Source: the human T2T-CHM13v2.0 reference genome, Homo sapiens
Reading direction: 5' to 3' (one strand)
Assembly (NCBI RefSeq): GCF_009914755.1
Contig: NC_060944.1
DNA length: 64,000 nt
Shown: positions 41,236 through 53,385 of the stretch, one piece after another
Layout: the number at the start of each line of letters is the position of its first letter
Numbering within the stretch: the stretch's first letter is position 1
Notes under the pieces: model-generated
Databases searched by the model: none
Seen by the model: the letters and a program-made list of their open reading frames with translations, nothing else
Told to the model about the DNA's origin: nothing
Translations under genes and position numbers: made by a program

Positions 41236-41366
41236 TCCTCCTTGTGTGGGTGGCATTTACCCACCCACAGGTCACGCTCAGGACCCGCATCTCATTCCGA
41301 TCCTCCTTGTGTGGGTGGTACTTACCCACCCACAGGTCACGCTCAGGACCCCACATCTCATTCTGA
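41236..41366. repeat. 65-bp tandem duplication, each copy with a 9-bp inverted repeat
   Basis: tcctccttgtgtgggtgg-N7-ccacccacaggtcacgctcaggaccc at 41236 and 41301. Confidence 0.9.
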
Positions 41367-41406
41367 AGGCCGGGCACAGGCGGTTGTTTTCTCTCCAACT
41401 TCGGTT

Positions 41407-42322
41407 TCCCCATCCCCACTCTTAGGGCACAAATGCAGGTGTAGCTTCCCCATGCCCACTCTTTAGGCACAAATGCAGGTGTAGCTTCCCCATCCCCACT
41501 CTTAGGGCACAAATGCAGGTGCAGCTTCCCCATCCCCACTCTTAGGGCACAAATGCAGGTGCAGCTTCCCCATCCCCACTCTTTAGGCACAAATGCAGGT
41601 GCAGCTTTCCCATCCCCACTCTTAGGGCACAAATGCAGGTGCAGCTTTCCCATCCCCACTCTTAGGGCACAAATGCAGGTGCAGCTTCCCCATCCCCACT
41701 CTTAGGGCACAAATGCAGGTGCAGCTTCCCCATCCCCACTCTTAGGGCACAAATGCAGGTGCAGCTTCCCCATCCCCACTCTTTAGGCACAAATGCAGGT
41801 GCAGCTTCCCCATCCCCACTCTTTAGGCACAAATGCAGGTGCAGCTTCCCCATCCCCACTCTTAGGGCACAAATGCAGGTGCAGCTTCCCCATCCCCACT
41901 CTTTAGGCACAAATGCAGGTGCAGCTTCCCCATCCCCACTCTTTAGGCACAAATGCAGGTGCAGCTTTCCCATCCCCACTCTTAGGGCACAAATGCAGGT
42001 GCAGCTTCCCCATCCCCACTCTTTAGGCACAAATGCAGGTGCAGCTTCCCCATCCCCACTCTTAGGGCACAAATGCAGGTGCAGCTTCCCCATCCCCACT
42101 CTTAGGGCACAAATGCAGGTGCAGCTTCCCCATCCCCACTCTTTAGGCACAAATGCAGGTGCAGCTTCCCCATCCCCACTCTTAGGGCACAAATGCAGGT
42201 GCAGCTTCCCCATCCCCACTCTTTAGGCACAAATGCAGGTGCAGCTTCCCCATCCCCACTCTTAGGGCACAAATGCAGGTGCAGCTTCCCCATCCCCACT
42301 CTTTAGGCACAAATGCAGGTGC
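41407..42322. repeat. 40-bp VNTR, ~23 copies, TPD52L2 intron 4
   Basis: Unit ct(tagg/ttag)gcacaaatgcaggtgcagcttccccatccccact, near-identical copies. Confidence 0.98.
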
Positions 42323-42453
42323 TGTGAGCGCTTTAGAATCCTCTGCTGCAGGTGACTTTGCTTCAGCGAACCACAGAATGTTCACATGGTTTTATGCATT
42401 TGTTATTTCAGGGAAAATCAAGGTTAAAGATGTCTTCAGAATTTGTATTTTTG

Positions 42454-43222
<769 letters not shown>

Positions 43223-44563
43223 GAAAGTGCATCCTCTGGTAGGCCTTGGGCCGGGGGCGGGCATGAGAGAGCTGCGCTGGGATGCGCTGCCAGGGCACAC
43301 TTGGTGGGTCACACACTCTTGTCAACTGTTTGGGGGCTGGAGAGTAGTAGCACTCAGCTCACACGGGCCTTCTGCAGGGAGTGGTGGGAGGGCCTGTGAG
43401 TAAGGGCTCCGGAAGGCCCATCATTGGGACCTGGTGCCGCCAGTGGGAGCAGGAGGAGCCTGTGCCTTCTCTGGCGCCAGTCATCCCAGATGCCACTCAG
43501 GGCTTGGCTGGGTTTGCCAGCTCTCCAGGTTGGCACTGGTAACGCCAAGATGGTCCTGGGAGCCCATCTCCATTCAGCCTCGAGTTCCCTGGCTTCACTG
43601 AGGGAGGAGCCGTGATAAGGTGGCTGTGGGTTCGCATTTTGGACTTTGTTATGTCAGAGTCTGCTGTGTTTTGTGTTTATGGTGGCAGCTGGATGAGGGC
43701 CAGCGACTTCAGGTGTTGACTGTCATGGTGGGCCCAACAGTATCCCTGCAGCCACAGCATCCTGCCTGCTGCCCTTTGCCTGTCCTGCAGACGCCAAGGC
43801 CCTAGAGCTTTGCTTTGATGGGATGTACCCATGTGGGTGGACACTGGAGGGAGCTGGAGGGGATAGAAGCGGGGCCTTCACTAGGGGCCAGGACAGACCC
43901 TTGCACTGTGAAAAGAGGCCTGGGAATGGAACTGTCCGATGTTCTGAAGGCACACGGGGCCCCGCCGTCTGGAGCAGGGGCACCTTGCGGGCTGCATGGC
44001 CACTCTGTGACGCTCGTTCCCCACAGACGTGGTTGAGCTTGCATTTTCTCCCCTCAGCACAGTCTCATTTGGGAAGAGGAAAGGGAAACTTGCACGCATG
44101 GGCCGGTCAGGGCACTGAGAGGCCTTTCTGCTCTGGCACTGCCTGCCAGGCGTGCACCTCAGGGGGCCCGTCCGCTCTAGCAGGCAAATGGGGCGTGTTC
44201 TCTGTAGTCAGAGGGGCTGTGAGAAGACAGGAAAGCGAGCTTAGTGGGTATCAGGCAAGGGGGTGAAATTGGGTTGTGAGATGAGAAAGCAGCGTCATTG
44301 CAGGGCTGGGGGGCCGAGACTCGGCAGGGTCGCCGAGAGCTCAGTGAGCGAGCAATGCACAGGCGGCTCCTCGCCGCAGGGGCCTCTGGGGGCCGAGGGG
44401 CTCTGGGCCTGCACCCCCTCTGTAGACACCTGGCGAGTGTCCACCCCTTGGCCCAGCTCCTTTCCTCAGTTTTCCTCGGGCGTGCTCCCAGTGCTTTGTT
44501 TGCTTGGCTGTGGGTGGTGACCCGCCCATGCTGTCTGGTTGATTTAACTGGTGTGTCTTCCAG

Positions 44564-44665
44564 CTACAAGAAGACTCAGGAAACTCTTTCACAGGCAGGA
44601 CAGAAGACTTCAGCTGCCCTGTCCACAGTGGGCTCTGCCATCAGCAGGAAGCTTGGAGACATGAG
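44564..44665 (+). CDS. TPD52L2: TPD52L2 exon 5 (YKKTQETLSQAGQKTSAALSTVGSAISRKLGDMR)
   Basis: Acceptor cttccag|C, donor GAG|gtgaga, 102 nt. Conserved D52 block. Confidence 0.96.
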
Positions 44666-45663
44666 GTGAGACGCAACCCTGACTCTGCTGCCCTGAGACC
44701 TGGCCAGGAGTGAGGTGAGGTGTTGGAGGTGCTACAGGAAGCCTGCCTGGAGATCAGGGCTCAGATGCACTGGCTCAGGGATGTGGCCATCCATCATGGC
44801 CCCGACCAGTCTGTGTGCAGACCCTTGCCTGGGAGGTTCGTCCATCCCCGTTGGCTGCTTTTCTGCCGTTGCTGTGTTCTTCAGGGAGGGTTGGCTGCCA
44901 GTGCTGTTGGGTAACTTGTGGTGCTCGGGGTTGGTGAGGGAGGAGTCTGCACCTTGAAGCTTCACTGAGTGGCAGCGACTCCAGCCCAGGGGTCAGAGTC
45001 AGGTCAGTGTGGGACGGCAGTCCTCCACCATCTCTAGGACAGGGGCTCGGCGTGGTACTTCCTCAGGCTGTTTCCCAGGTCTCAGAAAGTGCAGTCAGAC
45101 GCCAGGAGGCCCTGAATGAGCCTTCTCTCCCAGAGGCTGGTGAAAGCCTCCTGGCCATCAGAGGTCCCTCAGCAAGCAGGGCTGGGGCCAAGGAGTGAGC
45201 AGGGGGCCGGCGCTTTGTGGCTGGCATGTTTGCTCTTCCTTCCCTGTTCTAGGCTCCCTGACTACAGCATGGTGATGAGGGGATTGAGCCAGAAGCCTGG
45301 GTATGATGCTTGGCTGGGCTACCTCCTGGCTGGGCACCCCAGCTGGGCCTCAGGCACGCCTTCTTTCACAGGGGTTGTAGGAGTGGATGATATAGGTTGT
45401 CACCATCAACAGCATCCTGGCCCCAACTTCTGGGTGCTGCTGCCCACCCTGCCCTGACCCCTTTCCCATTCTCAGAACTGGTCTTCTGGCTTTTGGATCT
45501 CAGGGAGTGCCTCCCTGTAGCTCTGACCCAATCCTGGCAAAGATGGGTGCAGGCTTCCTAAAGGACCGGTGTGTGGAGCACAGTGCTGACCCCACCCAGC
45601 CCTCCCCTCTTCCCCTCTTGTGGCCCCTGCAGGATTCAGAGATACGTACATCTCCTGCTGGGC

Positions 45664-45704
45664 TGCCTCCCTGCCTGCCTGCCTGCCTCCCTGCCTGCCT
45701 GCCT
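45664..45704 (+). repeat. Imperfect (CCTG)n tract, ~10 units
   Basis: ctgcctccctgcctgcctgcctgcctccctgcctgcctgcc. Confidence 0.88.
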
Positions 45705-47860
45705 TAGGTTAGGTGTGTCCTGCCTCCCCGCCTGTGGTTGCCAGGTGGGGGTCGTCCTGCGCCAGTGCTTTCCCCTGACCACTAAGCCACAGGCCAGGAC
45801 ACAGACGGCCACACACACCCAGGGACCCACCCTGCCAAGCAGAGGGGATGGCCACTGCCCAGGAGCTGTGCCCACTTTTATTTTTGTTTTTTTGAGGTAA
45901 TCTACCTTCCCATCCCTGCAACTTCTATTTCGAGAAGTTTTAAACCTCTGGAGAAGCTGCAGTCATCAGTATGCAATGTGTGTGTTTCCTCTGTGCACCC
46001 TCACACGCCCAAGGCTCCACACTCCCCAGCAGCTGTGACTTGGGGGGGTCCTTGTGGGGCACCCTACAAATGCAGGTCTTCCCTACCACTGCTGAGCTTT
46101 GGACCCAGGAGGGACCCCCTGAGTTTCAGCTGAACTCAGCCTCGCAGGGCTGTTTTCTTCCCGAAAATGCTGGTCTCACCACAGAGCATCTTCAGGAAGT
46201 AACAGGTGTTTGTTGTGCCTAAATTATGCCGGCCATCAGGAGGCGTTTGCCCACTCTTAGTGTCCACACTCCCTTTTGAGTTTGTTCAGACCATTGTGGT
46301 GGAAATCCAAGGGGCACGTGGAGCCCTTGGCACTGATTGGAATAGCCGTGCACAAGCCAGTCCTAGGGTTTTGATCTGGGCATTTGTTTGTATGGCCTGT
46401 TTTTCTCTGGAAGCACAGGGACACGGTCCTGGTTCTCTGTCTGCTCCTCCTTCTCTGATGGGGAGAAAGGCTTTCGCTCTCTGCTCAGTCCTGGGGTTGG
46501 CAGCTGACCCGTGTCGTGTAGCCTCAGGGCATGGCTGGCAGTGAGCAGAGTTCCTGTTGCAGTGACGCTGGCACAGCTGTCAGTGTGCCCAGCCACACTG
46601 TGCCACGTGTTTGCACGTGTGCCCTGGTACATGGGGCCAGCTGGGGGAGCGGGGCCTCAGGCTGACCTGGGACGAGCCAGCTCGCTCCAGTTGGCTGGCC
46701 GTGTTCACGGTGCCCGTGGAGGGTCCTGTTTGCTGGTGTGTCTTGCCCTGCTTGCTCCTCCATTTATGTTTGTAGTGGTGGTGGGAACTCTGACGTCTGG
46801 AGCCCCTGGTGTATCCCCATCATCTCCCCAAGCAGTCACAGGTGGTTTCTGAGGTCTGGGCCCATTCACCTCGAGTTAGAGACTGAGGTTGAGAGCTCAC
46901 TACTTCCTGAAAGTGAAAATTGGGTTCTGGGAGGTTTATGTCATGAGTTTAGGGCTGGATGAACCCCGGCGGACCCCTGCTAACTCTTGGGCGGAAGCCC
47001 CTCTGGACAGCTGCCCAACGCCCGTGTCCATGATGGGCCTGTCCCAGGGCAGCCCCGGTCTGTGAGGCCTTTGGTGTGCCCTGGGGCATGGGTGATGGGG
47101 ATGGGAGGAAGGGAACTGGATTCAGGTCAGAGTGGGGGTTTACAGCAGGGTCAGGTCACCGTCTGACTCCGTGGTCTCAGATGAGGCATCGGCCCTCTCA
47201 GGACCTCGGGCGAGTTGAGTGTTTCTCAGTTCTTCAGTGGCTCCCTCCATGTCAGAGTGGGCCTGGCTGCAGTGAGTGGCAGCAGCTGCCCTTGGACACA
47301 CAGGTTTCCAGGTTGGCGTCTGTGGGCACGGATGGAGCGCAGAGCAGAAATGCTCGGCGCCAAGGGTGTCCCACATCCTCCCACGGTGCGTGTGCTCCCT
47401 CAGCTGACGTGATTTGGGGAACACGGGCCGCTCTCGTTCTGTGGAGCTGGCCAAGCCCAGCTGTCATGCTGTGGCACATTTCACACCTTTGCGCTGCTGG
47501 ATGGGGCTGGTTGTGCTCCAGGTGCTGTGGCTTCTCCAAACAGGTGTGCCTTGGGGCATAAGGCGTGGACAGGGCGTGGACCCAGGGGCCTCTTGGGCAC
47601 AGCCGTGAGGCTGAGCAGTTGCTAGTCATGATCTTGCGAGAGCCTCCTGTTGAGTCAGGACTTGAGGAGACTGGAGACAGTGCTGCTGTCCCCGGTGGTG
47701 TGCGGACTGGAGGAGCCGTCCTGGAGGGTCTTCCCCTGCTGGGCCTGACTGAGCACGAGCAGGGGGCCTCCCCTGGGGCTCCCCGAGGAGGGCTGTGAGT
47801 GGGTGCTGGCCTCCCTTGCTTACACTTCGTTTCCTCTTCTCTCCTGCTGCCACCTTCCAG

Positions 47861-47887
47861 GGCTCATCCATTTTCACACTCCTTTAG
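47861..47887 (+). CDS. TPD52L2: TPD52L2 27-nt alternative microexon (AHPFSHSFS)
   Basis: Long pyrimidine tract ending ccttccag|, strong donor TAG|gtaagg. Phase 2-2, no stops. Confidence 0.85.
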   Translation, partial: GSSIFTLL

Positions 47888-48164
47888 GTAAGGCTGAGCC
47901 TGGACACACCTGTGGAAGACTTTTCTCTGAATTGGGGCAGGGTGGACTCCGGCAGGGCCCTTGGGCGGCTGTGCTAGTAGAGGGCAGTGAAAGTGGGATC
48001 ACCCCTTCCAGGACAGCAGTGCCAGCCAGGTGGTTGCTGCGTCTCAGGGAACAAAGCAGCAGCGTGGGATCGACGCAGAGGCCCCCCGGAACCCCCCGGC
48101 CCTTCTGTGTCCCCTCCTCGTGCTTCCCTTCAGGCTCACAGACCGCCTGCTGCCGGGTCTGTGA

Positions 48165-48787
<623 letters not shown>

Positions 48788-49408
48788 CTCAAAGGAGCCT
48801 TTTCACGTGGGAGGGCTGTGCCGACTCTCACCACCTTCCTGTTCAACATCTGTCCTGTTTCCTTGTTTTCCTTCAGATGGAGTTTTGTCTTGTTTACTAC
48901 CCGAGAGCCCATAGGTGTGCCTCCCAAAGGGCCCTCCTGCAGACCAGAGCAAGCTCCTCTAGGCCAAGCCGGGGCGCCGCCAGCACGTGCCCTTCTGCTG
49001 GAACCGGGAGGTCTAGAGCCAGGCCCAGAACAATCTGTGATTTCTTGTGTTTTTACTTGACTTGGTGGTTTCTCTTTTGCCAAAAGGTCCTTACTTGACT
49101 TCTGAAGGCTGTTTGTACCAAATACTTTTCAAAAGCCCAAGCCTGGTCTCCTCACAGCTTCCTATGGCAGTGCTCTCCCCCCTCCCAGTGCTATGCGCTG
49201 GGCAACTTGGGGTGCCCCCCATGAGGCCAAGGGAGGACCCTGGGGTCGAGTTTCCTTCGGGGGCATTGTGTGGAGGGGCAGGCAGCTCGCTCCAACTGCT
49301 GGGAGTGGGGGAATCCCAGCTCTGCCCATCCCTGCCAAGTTGGGGTTGTGTGTGGATCTTGGTGTTAACTCTTGCTTCCTTCTCTGCTTCTGCCATGCTT
49401 CCAAGCAG

Positions 49409-49450
49409 CAGCTACTCCATCCGCCACTCAATAAGTATGCCAGCCATGAG
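49409..49450 (+). CDS. TPD52L2: TPD52L2 42-nt alternative exon (SYSIRHSISMPAMR)
   Basis: Pyrimidine tract, AAGCAG|CAG acceptor, donor GAG|gtaatg. Phase 2-2. Encodes the D52-family RHSISMP motif. With the 27-nt exon gives 229 aa. Confidence 0.88.
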
Positions 49451-49829
49451 GTAATGTATGCCTGCTCGCTGCGGCTCCAGAGCCGGGTGTCTCTGGTGGG
49501 GGTTGGGGCAGCTCCCGCCGGTTACACCTTGCCCTTCCCATATTCCTGGATTAATTGAGGACTCCATTCCCTTGGCAACCTCTGATGACTAAGGGCCGGT
49601 AAAAACCCCCTCTAGGCTGACGAGGAAGAGCTGGTAGGGGGTCAGGCTCTTCACCTGCAGCCTCCAGAGGAGATCCTTGTGTCAAACTGGGCCGTGTCCT
49701 TTCCAAGTCCTGACCCTGGCTGCCTGCAGTGGGTGGGGTGGGGTTCGAGGGGCTCGCACACAGATCCTGGCACTTGCCCTGGTGGGCTGTCACTCAGGAC
49801 ACTTCACGGTCTCAGCCTTCACGGAAACA

Positions 49830-49995
49830 CCCAGAGCTGTGGTCCTTATTCTGTGCCTGTCAGGCACCACCCTGATTCTCAGGATTCTGTGCCTGTGCCG
49901 TGAGGCACTGCCCTGATTCTCAGGAGAGCCCAGAACTGTGGTCCCTATTCTGTGCCTGCGCCGTCAGGCACCGCCCTGATTCTCAGGAGAGCCCT
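49830..49995. repeat. Three degenerate copies of a double-hairpin unit
   Basis: attctgtgcctg...aggcac..ccctgattctcagga occurs three times. Confidence 0.85.
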
Positions 49996-50196
49996 GTTCT
50001 CCTTGTGGGGACTCTGGCTGGGTGTCGCAGACGTGCTGGCCTCTAGAGTCCCCGGGCCTGGGAGGGGTATCTGTTTGTGTGGGAGGGACTGAGTGGGATG
50101 GAGCTGGCCTGCTTTCTCCTCTTGTCTCCTTATCACTCTGCTGTCCCAGAAGTGTCCTTGGTCTTCCGTTTGCTTCTCTGAGAGATGTGCATGAAG

Positions 50197-50787
50197 AACT
50201 GCACAGACTTTTCATAACTTCAGTACGAGAGCCCAGGGTGTCCCTGTAGGGGACAGCAGAGAGGGGCCGACAGCCCCCCAACTGCGCAGACTTTTCATAA
50301 CCTCAGTACGAGAGCCCAGGGTGTCCCTGTAGGGGATAGCAGAGAGGGGCCGACAGCCCCCCAACTGCACAGACTTTTCATAACCTCAATACGAGAGCCC
50401 GGGGTATCCCTGTAGGGGACAGCAGAGAGGGGCCGACAGCCCCCCAACTGCGCAGACTTTTCATAACCTCAGTACGAGAGCCCAGGGTGTCCCTGTAGGG
50501 GATAGCAGAGAGGGGCCGACAGCCCCCCAACTGCACAGACTTTTCATAACCTCAGTACGAGAGCCCGGGGTATCCCTGTAGGGGACAGCAGAGAGGGGCC
50601 GACAGCCCCCCAACTGCGCAGACTTTTCATAACCTCAGTACGAGAGCCCGGGGTGTCCCTGTAGGGGACAGCAGAGAGGGGCCGACAGCCCCCCAACTGC
50701 ACAGACTTTTCATAACCTCAGTACGAGAGCCCGGGATGTCCCTGTAGGGTATGACAGAGAGGGGCCGACATCTCCCCAGCTGCACAG
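50197..50787. repeat. 83-bp VNTR, ~7 copies
   Basis: aactgc(a/g)cagacttttcataac at 50197, 50280, 50363, 50446, 50529, 50612, 50695. Confidence 0.97.
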
Positions 50788-51034
50788 TCAAGGGGTTTCC
50801 AGTTGCCTTGTGTGACGTCTGGACCTGTCCCTGTGGTTGTTGGGCATGGCCGACCTCACTTTTGACCTGGGGAGTCTCCGGAATGACCTGGCTGTCTCAC
50901 AGTTTTGCCATGAGATCTTGGGATGTTGTTAGGGACCCTTTGGAGGCTGGCCCTAACCCTGAGGCCCTTCCGAGTTAGGAGAGCAGCACAACCCTCTCCT
51001 CTTGACACCGACACTCTTCCCTCTCTCTTTAAAG

Positions 51035-51083
51035 GAACTCTGCGACCTTCAAGTCGTTTGAGGACCGAGTTGGGACCATAAAG
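51035..51083 (+). CDS. TPD52L2: TPD52L2 penultimate exon (NSATFKSFEDRVGTIK)
   Basis: Acceptor ctctttaaag|G, donor AAG|gtaatt, 49 nt. D52 motif S.TFKSFE. Confidence 0.95.
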
Positions 51084-51139
51084 GTAATTGTACCTGGACT
51101 GTTTGATGGTCTTGGCAAGGTGTGACCTGTTACAGCAAC

Positions 51140-51605
51140 TTGTTTATTATTAGTCATTTAGTTATGGTAGACTCACATACAGTTGTGGGAAGTAATGCAG
51201 AGAGGTTCCTTGTGCCTTTTACACAGTTCTCTCCTGTGACGACATCTTGGAAAATCCTGTAGTGCAGCCTCCCCACCAGGACATTGGCACTGACTCAGGA
51301 CACAGAACGCCTCCACACTGCCCTTCCTGGTCCCCACTGCCCTTCCTGGTCCCCACTGCCCTTCCTGGTACCTTCTTGGCCATGCTGACCTTCCTCCCGC
51401 CCTACCCCCGGCAACCCCTAGTCCACTCTCCCTTTGTATAATTGTGTCATTTCAAGAATGTCACGTAAATGGAACGATACAGTGTGCAGCTTTTTGGCAT
51501 TCACTGTCTTCATTTGGCATCGTTCTCTGGAGACCTGTTGGGGCTGGTGCCCGTCCGTGATTTGCTCCCTGTCCCTGCTGAGCAGTGTTCGTGTTACATA
51601 AGCTT
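51140..51605 (-). mobile_element. Ancient L1M(B-like) 3' fragment (antisense) in the last TPD52L2 intron
   Basis: gactcacatacagttgtgggaagtaatgcagagaggttcc; tgtgtcatttcaagaatgtcacgtaaatggaacgatacagt. Confidence 0.65.
51316..51369. repeat. 19-bp tandem repeat (~3 copies) inside an old L1 fragment
   Basis: cactgcccttcctggtccc repeated. Confidence 0.85.
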
Positions 51606-51694
51606 TTGTAGAGCATTGAGCATGGGCCTGGGATCTGCCTTGTGTTGTGTGCTCTGTCTCAGGTTTTTCTGTCTTCATCTTTTCTCTCCTGTAG

Positions 51695-51790
51695 TCTAAG
51701 GTTGTGGGTGACAGAGAGAACGGCAGTGACAACCTCCCTTCCTCAGCGGGGAGTGGTGACAAGCCCCTGTCGGATCCCGCACCTTTCTAA
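51695..51790 (+). CDS. TPD52L2: TPD52L2 last coding exon (SKVVGDRENG...DPAPF*)
   Basis: Acceptor ctcctgtag|TCT, stop TAA 51788-51790. The seven main exons sum to 621 nt = 206 aa + stop. Confidence 0.95.
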   Translation, partial: SKVVGDRENGSDNLPSSAGSGDKPLSDPAPF

Positions 51791-53385
51791 GCCTGTGGTT
51801 GCTTCACCCGCTGCAGAGCACACGCAACCCAGCCTCAGCATCACAGCCGCAGCTCTGTTCAGCGGAGCAGCCAGCCAGGGCGGATGAGCAGAGCCGGCCC
51901 TGAGGACAGTCCTGCCCATCCACGCGGAGATGTGGCTGCCGCGTTTGCATGAATTTGAAGAACACAGGCTTGTACACAGATGTTTTACACTCACGTTTGT
52001 AGATGAAACAGATCACTGTGCTGTCCTTCCTAGGGGTGCAGGAAGTGGACAGGGCGGAGGGTTTGAAAGAATATTGAGCCAAAGCCCAGGCTCCCTTTGG
52101 GAATCATGTTAGCCCATCAGAATGTTGAAGGATTGAAGAGTTCTAAGCATAAAATAAGTGGCATTTTCTGACTTCTTCCTCCTCCTCCTTCCCTGACTCA
52201 CAGAAGGAATGCAATCACCCAGCAAGTCCTACCTGTTACGCAATTTTTTATCTCAAAATGCCGAACGAGAAAACTGTCCATTTTCTGAGACCCCCAGAAA
52301 GGAAACTGACCCTCAGCAGCTGCCTGATTGTTACGCGAATCTAGCTTTAACGGAAGCAAATTCATTATTTTTTAAATGCAGTGGACTTTTCAAAAAGTTT
52401 AAATTAGGCAAAGCAGCTTTAGCCTCATAGAATATTATTTCTTTGGACTCAAGCTGAAATACAAGCCTTACATTGCCTTATGCTTTATTTCTTTCTAATT
52501 TTTATATGTATATAGATGAGGGTTCCTTAATGGTTGTGAGCATTGTGTGGAATTTTACACCTGGCCTGCGTGGCAGCCTCTTCCAGTTGAGGTGTTTTAT
52601 GTCACGCACACTCCATCCCAGTGTACAAAACCTGCTTCTCTTCTCAACCGTGGCAGCTCCCGCTGGCTCCTATGCCCTGCCCTAAAGGGCTCTTGAGCCT
52701 CTGGGAATGGGAGGGGCCAAGAGAAGGAAAACCCTGTCTTTAGCACCCTTTAAAAGAACTGTGCCCCCCTTCTCAGTGCTGCCTTTGCATGGGCCTGGCC
52801 CGGCTCGCATTCGTCAGTGACTCCAACCCTCCTGCTTGCTGTACTTGGGATGAAACGACCCCACAGGTCAGGTGGAGGGTGGGGCGTGGGCATCAGCCAG
52901 GATTGCCGTTACAGTCTTTTTCTCAGGAGCTACAAAGATCTCTTCCTGTTACTAAATGGTCGCACCCCAGCAGCCTCTCTCGCACACCGGGGCCCTGCAT
53001 GTCAGATGGCGTGGTCTGCAGGGGGAGCTCTGTGCCTTAGTGGCTCTTGGCAGGACACTGAGGGCCTGCCTGTGGTGTGCCCGGCTCTGCCACTCCCGGG
53101 AGGGGAAGGGCTGCTCAGCTCAAGGTGTCCTGTTCGGTAGAGCAAGTGTCCTCTGACAGCCGTGTCCCCGGACAGTTCAGACACCCTTGGGGATGGCACT
53201 CCACACACGACAGAGATGCAGGGGCCAGGGAAGCCCAGCGCTCGGTGCCCTTCGTCCAGGGTTAAAATCGGCCTGTGGGGTGTGGTGAGAAGGCAGGTTG
53301 TGCGGGTGTTGACCGATGTATCTTTTCCTTAAAGTTATTATAATAATGGGTAATTTGTCAATAAAGCATTCCTTTGGGGGAAAGT
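51791..53385 (+). other. TPD52L2: TPD52L2 3' UTR (~1.6 kb)
   Basis: Repeat-free sequence from the stop codon to the first AATAAA; end position approximate. Confidence 0.8.
53360..53365 (+). terminator. Polyadenylation signal of TPD52L2
   Basis: First canonical AATAAA after the stop. Upstream TGTA (~53318) and GT-rich downstream sequence (ttgtgtgatgt ~53397). Confidence 0.8.

Noticed and set aside
41407-42322. CRISPR-like array or repetitive protein (also the arrays at 15541 and 50197)
   Set aside because: Head-to-tail units without unique spacers, no cas genes, eukaryotic intron context: ordinary minisatellites.
46057-46090. Possible solitary relic of the 40-bp VNTR unit (acaaatgcaggt..cttccc..ccact)
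   Set aside because: Only a 12-bp exact match with gapped flanks; cannot be distinguished from chance.
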